64,000 nt of DNA from Gammaproteobacteria bacterium. Its GTDB lineage: Bacteria > Pseudomonadota > Gammaproteobacteria > GCA-001735895. Of this stretch, positions 17,083-26,287 are shown piece after piece. The stretch covers positions 12,816 to 76,815 of the forward strand of contig JAJDOF010000054.1 in assembly GCA_022340305.1 (NCBI GenBank), given 5' to 3'. Position 1 is the stretch's first letter, and every line of letters starts with the position of its first letter. The notes below the pieces were generated by a model. The model did no database searches. It had not been told where the DNA came from and saw nothing but the letters and a program-made list of their open reading frames with translations. The translations under genes were made by a program, and so were the position numbers.

Positions 17083-17313
17083 TTATTGTTCCGCTTGACT
17101 GGTTAGAGGCAAAATCAGCTTGACCACAAGCAGTATCCACGGTGTTCCATGTAGCAATAAATCAAATACGTCGATGAGCCTGGTGAGCTCACCCGAAGCC
17201 AGCAGTTTGAGCTTTTCCAGCAGGTGTGGCTCAGGGGTGAAAGGCGCCAATCCCAGCGTGAGGCACAGCACGATCAGCAGAGACAAGGGTATTCGGTTGA
17301 ATAATTTACGCAT
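17083..17313 (-). CDS. hypothetical small membrane protein (76 aa)
   Basis: Two hydrophobic segments, LSLLIVLCLTLGLAPF and WILLVVKLILPL. The AGGTATACTGTCC motif lies 24 nt upstream. Confidence 0.5.
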   Translation of the reverse strand: MRKLFNRIPLSLLIVLCLTLGLAPFTPEPHLLEKLKLLASGELTRLIDVFDLLLHGTPWILLVVKLILPLTSQAEQ

Positions 17314-17336
17314 AACGGCATGGGTGCGGGAAATCA

Positions 17337-17350
17337 GGGACAGTATACCT
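17337..17350 (-). promoter_or_regulatory. AGGTATACTGTCCC motif copy E
   Basis: Exact 12-mer GACAGTATACCT on the plus strand. TATACT lies 28 nt from the ATG at 17313. Confidence 0.35.
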
Positions 17351-17409
17351 GTTTCCTGGCTTAGCGCCGGCTCTCATCCGCTCCCACTGCACCGCCCTGT
17401 TTCCGGGGA

Positions 17410-17703
17410 TCACTGACAGACCTGCCACCACTGGTAACGTTGCGCATATCGATTGTAGATGTATTCCCTTGAACAGGGCGCCGCGCCTGTTGGTGGGATT
17501 CCTGGCTGATCGAGCGGTCTGGTCTGTGAAGGCTCCCGGGGGCAAACCCTCGGCGGACAAAGCGGTTTGCGCTCCTCCAGGCTGGAGCAAAGCGGCCGAT
17601 TCAATCCGTCGACGCAGATGCAGGTGCAACCCGCTCGACTGTTGTCGCTGTGCGTAACGGACAACGCAGCAACCAGTAAGGCGGCCAAGTAGATGACTGG
17701 CAT
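17410..17703 (-). CDS. hypothetical secreted Cys-rich protein (97 aa)
   Basis: The internal ATG gives the signal peptide MPVIYLAALLVAALSVTHS. The mature part has 8 Cys (GCTCICVDG..PLCSS..PLCPPRVCP). No family recognised. Confidence 0.4.
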   Translation of the reverse strand: MPVIYLAALLVAALSVTHSDNSRAGCTCICVDGLNRPLCSSLEERKPLCPPRVCPREPSQTRPLDQPGIPPTGAAPCSREYIYNRYAQRYQWWQVCQ

Positions 17704-17980
17704 TTTCGTGTTGCAGGGCACTTTCGAGGACCGGCTAGCGATAGATCGTTTCAATATTTTACGCCTCCAGGCTGGAAAGGCCATTCAATATAGTGAAGAG
17801 AGTTGGGAAACGGTTTTTCAAAACAGGATTAGTGTCGCGATTAAATCACTGTTGGTACCCTGGCTTCCGCTCCAGAAGCCGTCCCTGGCGGACGGCTTAC
17901 GCGGGGCGAACTCCGTCAACCGTGGACCTTCGCCTCTCACTTTTTCGTGAGAGATTTCGTCGCTTAAGTGACCTGGGCGG

Positions 17981-20767
17981 TCATTCCTTTTCAGTCAAAT
18001 GTCGATGCTGCCTGGATGATAAAATCCATCGACGAACAACCTTGTGAAGCTCCATCACAATCAGCACGGACAGCGCCAGTCCCAGCAATTCCAGCCAGAG
18101 CTGTGGTGTAACCGGTTGAATATGCAGTACATCACTGATCCAGGGAGTGTACATAGCGCCGACGTGTACGAGTTGTGCGATTGCCGTACCAAATAAAAGT
18201 ATCGGATTGCGTAAAGGATTGTGTCGAAATACCGAGCGTACTTCGGATCGACAATTGAAAACGTGCACATTCTCGAATAACACCATCAACAGCAAGGTCC
18301 CATTGCGTGCCTCGTCCAGCGTAAAGCCTCTTGCGATAAGCCATTGGAAAACAGCAAAAGCGATAGTGCCGATGACTAATGCCGAGATCACTACGCGCTC
18401 TAACATTAGCCGATTAAAGACCGGTTCTCGTGGTGGTCTTGGTGGATGACGCAATTCGTCGCCTTCGCCGGGTTCAAACGCCAACGCTACATCCTGGATC
18501 CCGTTGGTTACAAGGTTCAGCCAAAGTAACTGTACCGCTACCAGCGGTAATGGGAACCCGGTTAAAAGGGCCAATGTGAATAGCACCAACTCTGCGGCGC
18601 CGGTGGAAATGAGGAGAAAAATTACCTTGCGCACATTGGCATAGGCGACACGGCCCTCTTCGACCCCCGCGACAATCGAGCTGAAATCATCGTCAGTGAT
18701 GATGATGTCTGCCGCCTCTCTCGCCACATCGGTACCGCTCATGCCCATGGCAACCCCGACCTGGGCAGCGCGTAGTGCTGGAGCATCGTTGGCACCGTCT
18801 CCGCTGGCTGCGACAAAATGCCCATTTCGTTGCAGGGATTGAACGATGTCTAACTTTTGGTGTGGTCCCACGCGCGCGAAAACTCGCGCCTGCTGGGTTA
18901 GCTGGTCAATAGTCCCGGAATCGAGGGCTATCCTCAGTTCTGGTCCAGTCACCAACTGGTCGGCGCGTTCCACCATGTTTAATTCTTGCGCAATGGCAAG
19001 GGCGGTAGCAGGGTGATCGCCAGTTATCATGGCTACCTCGATGCCTGCCTGCCGGCATGCGGTGATGGCGGCTTGTGCCTCCGGGCGCAATGGATCAATA
19101 ATACCCACCAGGCCGATCAGTGTCAGCCCATGCAAATGTTCTTCGGTAAATACCTCACCCGGACCCGCTTCAATCTCCCCGCTAGCCAGGGCAAGTACGC
19201 GATACCCGCCACTCGCCAGGGTCTCAGCCTGCTGCTCGATCAGGGCTTGCTCCAGGTTCACGTCCTGGCCAGGCGTTGCCATCGTCGTGCACATGGTTAG
19301 CAACCGTTCAAGCGCACCCTTGACGAAGGCATGCTGCCTTCCATTTACTTCATTCAGGCTGGCCGAAAACAGCCGCTCCGACTCATAGGGAATGCTGGTA
19401 ATTTCGGGAAAGGTATTGGCCATTTCCGCCTTGAAGATACCGGCTTTATGCGCCATTACCAGGAAAGCCACATCGACTGCATCACCATGGTGAGTCCAGC
19501 CGGAATTGGCATGATCGAGGAAGCCTTCATTGGTCAGCACCGCTACCTGACATAGTCGTTCCAGTAGCGCTTTCTCTTTTGCGGATGGTGGGCCTCGGGG
19601 CGTTAGAATCGTTCCATCCGCTACCACGCCTTCACCGCCAACTTCCCACACATCACTGTTTGGAAAGGCGATGCTGCGAGCAGTCAGCTGATTCACAGTC
19701 AGCGTACCTGTTTTGTCGGTTGCGATGAAAGTACAGGAGCCCAGCGCTTCCACGGCCAGAAGCCGTCGCACAATCACGTTTCGTCGGGCCATTCTGCGCA
19801 TGCCAATGGCTAAGGCTACGGTGAGTGCCACCGGCAAACCTTCGGGAATAACAGATACCGCAAGCGCCACCGCGAGCAAGAACACTTCGTTAAATGGCGT
19901 ACCACGCATCACCGCCACCGTGAATATAATCAATGCCGCTATGCCAACAAAGATCGCAACAAAATGGGTGAACCTCTCCATGCGGACTTGCAACGGTGAC
20001 CTGGGTGATGGTTTGAACAGGACATCGGCAGCAATACGGCCTAGTGCCGTGTTTAGTGCCGTCCCGACCACAACACCCCTGGCGCGTCCACGACCCACCA
20101 ACGTGCCGGTGAAAAGCATGTTAACGCGATCCCCTAAAGCAACATCCGCAGCTAACACGATAGCGCCGTCTTTTAGAACCGGTAGCGACTCGCCGGTGAG
20201 TAAAGATTCATCCACCTCCAGGCCATGGGAGGCGATTAGGCGCAAGTCGGCGGGGACCTTGTCTCCAGACTCCAGAAGCACAATATCGCCTGGCACTAAC
20301 TCTTCGGCGTTGATTTCATCACTATCTCCCTCGCGCAATACTCGACACCGTGTGCGTACCAATTCTTGCAGCGCTGCTGCTGCACGCTGGGCGGAATACT
20401 CTTGAATAGTGCCAATAACAGCATTAATGAACAGGACTGCAGAGATAAAGCCTGCATCAGACCACTCCTTAATCATCAGGGATAATAGAGCCGCCGCGAC
20501 AAGAACATAGATGAGCGGACTTGCGAACTGGCGCAGAAAGACAGTCACAATCCCGGGTAGCCTGGCCTGGGGTAACGTGTTGCGCCCATATTGTTCAAGG
20601 CGTGCCACAGCCTCACGATGGGTAAGGCCATGAAGCGAACTCTCGCAGGCGACAAGAACAGTCTCGCCCGAGACTACATGAGGGTATTGGACTGGATCGA
20701 TTGTATTGGGGGAAGTCTCACTGGTGACACTCCCGGGGGAATCGTTGCTATGGGTGGGATTACTCAT
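17981..20767 (-). CDS. cation-transporting P-type ATPase (P2-like, Ca2+/Mg2+-type architecture)
   Basis: N-terminal GLTHREAVARLEQYGRNTL. Phosphorylation site DKTGTLT. TGDHPATA, hinge GDGANDAPAL and about 10 TM segments. Confidence 0.92.
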   Translation of the reverse strand: MSNPTHSNDSPGSVTSETSPNTIDPVQYPHVVSGETVLVACESSLHGLTHREAVARLEQYGRNTLPQARLPGIVTVFLRQFASPLIYVLVAAALLSLMIKEWSDAGFISAVLFINAVIGTIQEYSAQRAAAALQELVRTRCRVLREGDSDEINAEELVPGDIVLLESGDKVPADLRLIASHGLEVDESLLTGESLPVLKDGAIVLAADVALGDRVNMLFTGTLVGRGRARGVVVGTALNTALGRIAADVLFKPSPRSPLQVRMERFTHFVAIFVGIAALIIFTVAVMRGTPFNEVFLLAVALAVSVIPEGLPVALTVALAIGMRRMARRNVIVRRLLAVEALGSCTFIATDKTGTLTVNQLTARSIAFPNSDVWEVGGEGVVADGTILTPRGPPSAKEKALLERLCQVAVLTNEGFLDHANSGWTHHGDAVDVAFLVMAHKAGIFKAEMANTFPEITSIPYESERLFSASLNEVNGRQHAFVKGALERLLTMCTTMATPGQDVNLEQALIEQQAETLASGGYRVLALASGEIEAGPGEVFTEEHLHGLTLIGLVGIIDPLRPEAQAAITACRQAGIEVAMITGDHPATALAIAQELNMVERADQLVTGPELRIALDSGTIDQLTQQARVFARVGPHQKLDIVQSLQRNGHFVAASGDGANDAPALRAAQVGVAMGMSGTDVAREAADIIITDDDFSSIVAGVEEGRVAYANVRKVIFLLISTGAAELVLFTLALLTGFPLPLVAVQLLWLNLVTNGIQDVALAFEPGEGDELRHPPRPPREPVFNRLMLERVVISALVIGTIAFAVFQWLIARGFTLDEARNGTLLLMVLFENVHVFNCRSEVRSVFRHNPLRNPILLFGTAIAQLVHVGAMYTPWISDVLHIQPVTPQLWLELLGLALSVLIVMELHKVVRRWILSSRQHRHLTEKE

Positions 20768-20876
20768 GGCGCACTATCTTACGGGAATTCCGTTCTATTC
20801 TATTCCTATATATTTTCTGGATGCATTATAACGAGCCGAGTCTCGCCAGGAACGATAACCAGAATGGTCACAATAA

Positions 20877-21135
20877 ATGAGGGCGACCGCAATTATCAAT
20901 TGGTAACCTTTCGCGCAGCACTATCGAAGAAGAGTTAGAAGGCCTCTTTGGGGAATATGGCACAATACAATCCTGTGATGTGGAATTCGATAGCGCCCAG
21001 GGTGCTACCAGGGGCCTGGCTTTTGTGGAAACGCCGAAGCCGGGGTAAGCCAGGGCCGCACTGAAATGGTTGAATGATATGACCATTGCCGGCTGCCTGA
21101 TCCGGGTTAAAAAATCTCGGGGAGAAAAGGCATAA
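20877..21135 (+). pseudogene. decayed RRM-type RNA-binding protein gene (frameshift plus in-frame TAA)
   Basis: The frame from 20899 reads IGNLSRSTIEEELEGLFGEYGTIQSCDVEFDSAQGATRGLAFVETPKPG*ARAALKWLNDMTIAGCLIRVKKSRGEKA. RNP-2 (IGNL) and RNP-1 (RGLAFVE) are recognisable. The TAA is at 21046-21048. The only ATG (20877) is one nucleotide out of frame and stops at 20904. Confidence 0.7.
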
Positions 21136-21269
21136 CAAGTTGTTGATCGATATCGTTTTGCAATCAAAACCCTGAAGCCGTTACACGCTGATTCCCTGAG
21201 TTTGCGTGTCCTTCAGGTCAAATTACTTGTAGACTGCACTGCGATACTACTTGCGATTACGAGGCCGGA

Positions 21270-22118
21270 ATGAGTGAAATATCTGTCTTAGGGCTGGGCT
21301 CGATGGGCTCGACACTCGCCAGGACCCTGTTGTCTGCTGGACACGCGGTTACGGTGTGGAATCGAAGCCAGCAGAAGACGGAGCTGCTTGTTGCCGATGG
21401 CGCAGAAATTGGGGTAACAGTCGCTGATGCGGTGGAAGCGAGCCCGGTTATCCTGGTTTGTATCGATAACTACACAACTACCCGAAAAATTTTCTCTTCA
21501 GTCGAAGTCTTGCCATTGCTTGCAGATCGTATCGTTGTGCAAATGAGCAGCGGTACACCGCGGGAGGCAGTTGCTGATGAAAAGTGGTTTGTGGAGAAAG
21601 GCGCCGGTTATTTAGATGCCGCTATTCTGGGGTCGCCGAAAGCAATTGGAACGGAGACCGGCCAGATACTGATAGCTGGCAGCGAAAAACTTTGGCAAGA
21701 ATGTAATACTGTCCTGGAATGCCTTGCCGGAAATTTCCAATATACGGGTAACAAGATTGATTCTGCAAAGGTATTGGATCTCGCCTGGTTAAGCCAGCGC
21801 CTCGGATATTTTATGGGCGTGTTTCAGGGACTGTTACTCTGTGAAGCGGGCGGTGTTGGGCTGGATGTGTTTAGTGCAACAGTGGCTGTAGATGCACGTG
21901 CAAGCATGATGGCAAATACCATCCAGACCAACAGCTTCACTGATCCGGTCAACACGGTAAAGGTTTGGAAAGAAGCGCTGCACCACATTCAAAAGCATGC
22001 GAATGACATTGGCAGCAACAGCGAAGTGCTGGATTTTATTGCGGATAAGTTTCAGCGTGCACAATCTGCCGGTTATGAGGAGGAAGACCTGGCCGCGCTG
22101 ATAAAAATATTCAGGTGA
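21270..22118 (+). CDS. NAD(P)-dependent oxidoreductase, beta-hydroxyacid dehydrogenase / imine-reductase-like
   Basis: N-terminal Rossmann motif VLGLGSMGSTLA..VWNRS. The length and C-terminal helical domain are typical of the 6PGDH-NAD-binding family. Confidence 0.8.
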   Translation: MSEISVLGLGSMGSTLARTLLSAGHAVTVWNRSQQKTELLVADGAEIGVTVADAVEASPVILVCIDNYTTTRKIFSSVEVLPLLADRIVVQMSSGTPREAVADEKWFVEKGAGYLDAAILGSPKAIGTETGQILIAGSEKLWQECNTVLECLAGNFQYTGNKIDSAKVLDLAWLSQRLGYFMGVFQGLLLCEAGGVGLDVFSATVAVDARASMMANTIQTNSFTDPVNTVKVWKEALHHIQKHANDIGSNSEVLDFIADKFQRAQSAGYEEEDLAALIKIFR

Positions 22119-22253
22119 TAGCATCGGTTCAGGTTCGGTCTCGGCCGCTGATTTCAGGGTTTTTGGATCTGTTGTCGAACTCTGCCGCCTGATTCCGGAT
22201 TCTGAGGGTCAGGAACTTTTCATCAGGTCAAATTCTGCTTCAGGGTGCAAAGC

Positions 22254-22772
22254 CTACTTCAGGTTTTGCCACCATTGCTGGAAGGCTTCCTCGGTGAACG
22301 GAAGAACACTACCAAGCTCACCGCTGCGGTCCTGCCAGGCAGGCAATGCCGCTTCGGGAACAGAGATCAGTAGGGGTATACCCTCGACAATAGTTTGAAG
22401 AATCTCATCGATCAAACCTTTACCGTTTTGCTCTAATTCGCCAAATTTCTCCACCACCACCAGATCCAGACGAACATTGATAGCGTTACGAATAATTTCG
22501 CTTGTCTCTACAAGCGCTGAAACATCGAGGCTGCACTCATCGTCGTTCTTTACTGGACGCGTAATAGGAATACGACGATTTGTTAAAACATCAACGGCAT
22601 TAAGTCCAACTACTGCGCCCGCTGAATTGAAGAGCGCTTCCTGAAGAACTCCTCCTACACGAGTATTGAGCGACTTTTGTTTCAGAACGAATTTCACCAG
22701 TGCCATCCTGTCGACAGTATCTGGTCTGTAAACGGCAGCAGCAAAAGGCGCCTTGGTTTGATTGGTCGTCAT
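22254..22772 (-). CDS. DUF2478-like (THEP1/NTPase-like) protein
   Basis: 172 aa. The FGELEQNGKGL and GIPLLISVPE pattern recalls DUF2478. This assignment is from memory only. Confidence 0.5.
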   Translation of the reverse strand: MTTNQTKAPFAAAVYRPDTVDRMALVKFVLKQKSLNTRVGGVLQEALFNSAGAVVGLNAVDVLTNRRIPITRPVKNDDECSLDVSALVETSEIIRNAINVRLDLVVVEKFGELEQNGKGLIDEILQTIVEGIPLLISVPEAALPAWQDRSGELGSVLPFTEEAFQQWWQNLK

Positions 22773-23124
22773 AGGGCAAGATTACCACGAATTTTGCATG
22801 ACTGTTGTGGGTAGCCTCTCGTCGCTGTTGCCTCGAGCATGGGCGGCAGCTTTCTCGTTGGGAGACTCTGGATGAGCCAGGGCAGGAGGCAATATTCGGC
22901 CAACAACTGAACTTCGTTTCAGTAATCCAAATTCACTGATATAACATGTCGGGAGCATATCAGTGTTTCGATTTGTTTAATTTGATAACGAGACAAAGAA
23001 TCGCTCATGTCTGACATAATCGGTTACTTAAGCTTTAATATTGGGAATCTTTTATTTATACAGACCTTAGAGAGTCTATATAAGTGGATGTTATTCGTCA
23101 CGAACAACCAGCAAGGCTCCTGGA

Positions 23125-24345
23125 ATGGACTTAATAATTGATTTTTTCAAAATCAATATTGACGCTGTTAGCGCAGCGCCAATAGCGTTTGTCGCCTTAC
23201 TATGCATCGCATTTATCGTTGCATATATGCTAGTGGCATGGTTTCAAGCGCGTTACGTGGAATATCTGGAGACTACAAAGCTCAAGCTTGAGCGCCAGGT
23301 CCGGGAGCTTGAGCAGGCTACGCCACCACATGCCAAAACCTTGACCCAGCCTACAGAATCGACTGCCCCCGAACAATTACCGGACCTCGCCGGAACAGCG
23401 CATGAGGGAACAGCGCATGAGCTCTATATGCAGCTGCCGCCCACTCATTCGGCGCTATACAACGAGGGGGTGGTCGAACGCTATTGGGCAGCAGGTACAT
23501 CGTTAGCGGGTGTTGTCGAACAGGATCTCATCGATCGCTACAGGTCCCAGGGTATCGACGACATCCGTATCATATTGCCAAACACCGGACCCGACACCAT
23601 TGCATATCATCAACTTCACCAGTTTGATATCCGACCTGTGACGAATACGGTCCACAATCAGGTGGATATGGCGAGAGCATCACATCACGAACTGTCAAAC
23701 CTACTGGGAGCGTATGAACACAATTACCTCCGTAAATATGCTGGGATCATGTATTTCAACATAACCATTTTAGATGATGACGCGTTCTTATCTCCTTACG
23801 GTACTACAGGACCGGGAGACTCAAATCTGACACTTCACTTTAATTCTCACACCAACCTCGAAGGATATCGCTACGTTGAGAACGAGTTCCTTCGAATGTG
23901 GGATGCTGGACCCTCTGTCGGCCTTATTCCAAGGAAAGGCGGTGCTTGTAGCATGATTTTCATCAACTCGTCAGGCTGCGTATTGCTTTACCTACTGGAT
24001 CAAAAGCCTGGCATATCCGATACAAACAAGTGGAATCTAATCGGTGGCCACATAGACGAAGATGAGTCACCTGATGATTGCATTACGCGTGAGTTGCTTG
24101 AGAAAATTGAATACGACTTATTAAGCCCCTCGTTATTCCATGTCTTCAATATGCCCAATAGACTTGAGTTTACGTATTCTTGTACAGAAGATTTTGATAT
24201 ATCGAAAATGCCACTACATGAAGGGCTGGAGTTGCGCTGGTTCTCTGAAGGCGAGCTCCTTGCGCTTCCTGCCAACCAGATCGCCTTTGGATTCAAGCCT
24301 GTAATTCAATTCTTCCTCAATGAACGGCGAAGCAGTGATAGCTAA
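23125..24345 (+). CDS. membrane-anchored protein with unassigned central domain and C-terminal Nudix hydrolase domain
   Basis: TM helix AAPIAFVALLCIAFIVAYMLVAWF followed by a charged helical segment. The Nudix box GGHIDEDESPDDCITRELLEKIEY fits GX5EX7REUXEEXGU. The local sequence is AT-rich. Confidence 0.8.
   Translation: MDLIIDFFKINIDAVSAAPIAFVALLCIAFIVAYMLVAWFQARYVEYLETTKLKLERQVRELEQATPPHAKTLTQPTESTAPEQLPDLAGTAHEGTAHELYMQLPPTHSALYNEGVVERYWAAGTSLAGVVEQDLIDRYRSQGIDDIRIILPNTGPDTIAYHQLHQFDIRPVTNTVHNQVDMARASHHELSNLLGAYEHNYLRKYAGIMYFNITILDDDAFLSPYGTTGPGDSNLTLHFNSHTNLEGYRYVENEFLRMWDAGPSVGLIPRKGGACSMIFINSSGCVLLYLLDQKPGISDTNKWNLIGGHIDEDESPDDCITRELLEKIEYDLLSPSLFHVFNMPNRLEFTYSCTEDFDISKMPLHEGLELRWFSEGELLALPANQIAFGFKPVIQFFLNERRSSDS
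23392..23421 (+). repeat. perfect 15-bp tandem duplication (GGAACAGCGCATGAG x2) inside the Nudix gene
   Basis: Encodes GTAHE-GTAHE in the linker region. Confidence 0.9.
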
Positions 24346-24539
24346 ACCGCCGGTCGACAGGATTTGCCTGCGGTAGGACAGTAATCTGGAAGGTTGGAAG
24401 TGCGGAGAGGGTCCTTGGTTTAATTCATCAACGCAAAAATTGTAGTGGTCAACAAATTCTGGACAGTAAACTGAGTTTTTCTTCCGCTGCTGCAGGAGCC
24501 AGCCCGTCATTTCTGGTATGTGGTCTCTGCCAGTTGCAA

Positions 24540-24563
24540 GATTCCCGCTTACGCGGGAATGAC
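24540..24563 (-). repeat. REP-like palindromic element (GATTCCCGCTTACGCGGGAATGAC)
   Basis: Inverted orientation of the GTCATyCCsG...CsGGrATC family. Intergenic. Confidence 0.7.
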
Positions 24564-24729
24564 GCACTAACCTGGTAGCATCAGAGTATCGAATGGGTCG
24601 GTTGCCGCGCTGGGAAATTGAATCCTGGCGTCTGCTTTCTCTAAAGTGAGCGGCATGCGCACAAGCCTTCCGGGCAGACGCTCGCGGTCGATGCCGGTCA
24701 AAGGCGCGACTTAACTGGCACCGTCACCG

Positions 24730-25473
24730 CTAATTGAGCGTGGCAATGATTTTGCGGATCTCCTGCGGCGTGTTTTCACCCGAGAGCGGGGTCCCGGGCA
24801 TCAGATATTTTCCCATGTCGAGCCCGCCGACCAGGACGGGCTCGTAACCGATGTCGAGGATCAAGCGGGAAGCGATTTCAATAGCTTGTGCATCGTCGCC
24901 AGCGATCGGCATGCCGATGCGTCCCGGCTCTTCATGTGCCGAACCCATCCGCGCGGCGCCGATGGCATTGAAAGCACGGACGATGCGCGCGCCAGGGAGT
25001 AATTCTGCCGAGGCGAGACCGGCGCCTTTCGTCTGAGCCCAGGTCGCGATGTCACCGTCACGCCAGACGAACGGGTTGCAGGTATCGATCACTACCTTGC
25101 CCTTGATTAGCGCCGCCAGATCCTTGCCGACTGCGGGCAGTGAGCCGTAAGGAACCGAGATCATCAGCACTTCGCCAAAGGCGGCGGCTTCCCGTGGTGT
25201 TCCGGCACTTGCGTTGGCCCCGAGCCTGGCGGCGAGCGCTTTATCATGTTCGATGTGGCGCGATGAAAGCATGACTTCGTGCCCGGCTTTCACCCACACT
25301 CCACCGAGCGCGCTACCGACTCTGCCCGAGCCGACGATGCCAATCTTGAATTTGCCTGTACTTGCAGCGCGCGCCGTGAGCGATAATCCCTCCAGTACCA
25401 AAGCTGCCGTGGCGACGCCGGCGACCTGTAAAAATCTTCGACGGCTTTGTCTCGGGATGGTTTTCGTTTTCAT
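24730..25473 (-). CDS. NADP oxidoreductase, F420-dependent-family Rossmann protein with Tat-type signal peptide
   Basis: SRRRFLQVAGVATAALVL..ARA is a twin-arginine signal. It is followed by KIGIVGSGRVGSALG (GxGxxG). Confidence 0.8.
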   Translation of the reverse strand: MKTKTIPRQSRRRFLQVAGVATAALVLEGLSLTARAASTGKFKIGIVGSGRVGSALGGVWVKAGHEVMLSSRHIEHDKALAARLGANASAGTPREAAAFGEVLMISVPYGSLPAVGKDLAALIKGKVVIDTCNPFVWRDGDIATWAQTKGAGLASAELLPGARIVRAFNAIGAARMGSAHEEPGRIGMPIAGDDAQAIEIASRLILDIGYEPVLVGGLDMGKYLMPGTPLSGENTPQEIRKIIATLN

Positions 25474-25877
25474 GGCGGGTTCCCATAATCTAGTGGCAAA
25501 TTGGTAATGTCGACAATCGTTAAAGAATTATAGGTAAGTATAAAAGCCAGATTCTCAAATAACCATCTCCCATGAATCCACATACAGGTCGATCATCTGG
25601 CGTCATGTGAAGGACTACCCGGGGCCGAACTCGTCTACTGAGGGATCACATTTGGGCATTGCTATTTTCTTGAGGGGGCGCTCAATCGCTACTGCCGGGC
25701 TTTGTCTTTCTGCCTGCAACCGACGCCCGGCCGGTCATTAATTTAATTCTCGCCTGAATAAAAGGTAGGAAACCGGTTAAAAGTAGAATGTACTAATCTG
25801 ATTTGTGAATTGGATCATGGAGATAAATATCAATTTCGCTATTTTGATCTTCGATCCAGTCACAAAAGGGTTTGGTA

Positions 25878-26045
25878 ATGTCTCCATTTGAAAATATGAA
25901 TACGATTTCCGAAGACGATAACGAAAGCGACAATCTGATTATTCTGTTCGATCAGGGTAGTAGCGAGGATGAATTTCTGACAACGAGTTATTCTCATGAA
26001 GGTTGGGGTGATGACACCCTTTCAGATATCGACTCTTATCTTTAA
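25878..26045 (+). CDS. possible 55-aa acidic protein
   Basis: MSPFENMNTISEDDNESDNLIILFDQGSSEDEFLTTSYSHEGWGDDTLSDIDSYL lies in an AT-rich intergenic block. There is no clear Shine-Dalgarno. Confidence 0.2.
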   Translation: MSPFENMNTISEDDNESDNLIILFDQGSSEDEFLTTSYSHEGWGDDTLSDIDSYL

Positions 26046-26287
26046 AGCAAGCTAACTCTCTGGTTTGACTGTCGAATGCAGGCGCCCAAGCACGGGCGAT
26101 GAGATTGCGGGTTCGGCCAGAAGCGGGCACTGACGTCTGCTAGAAAATGGTCGTCCATTATTCACAGGATCGACGGCACCCTTTTCGCAATATATTATTC
26201 GCTGCAATCGACGATACCATTGGTATTGGAATACAGCGGCGGTAGCTGCGAACTAAACTGATTAAAATTCACAACCTGGAGTTCTTT

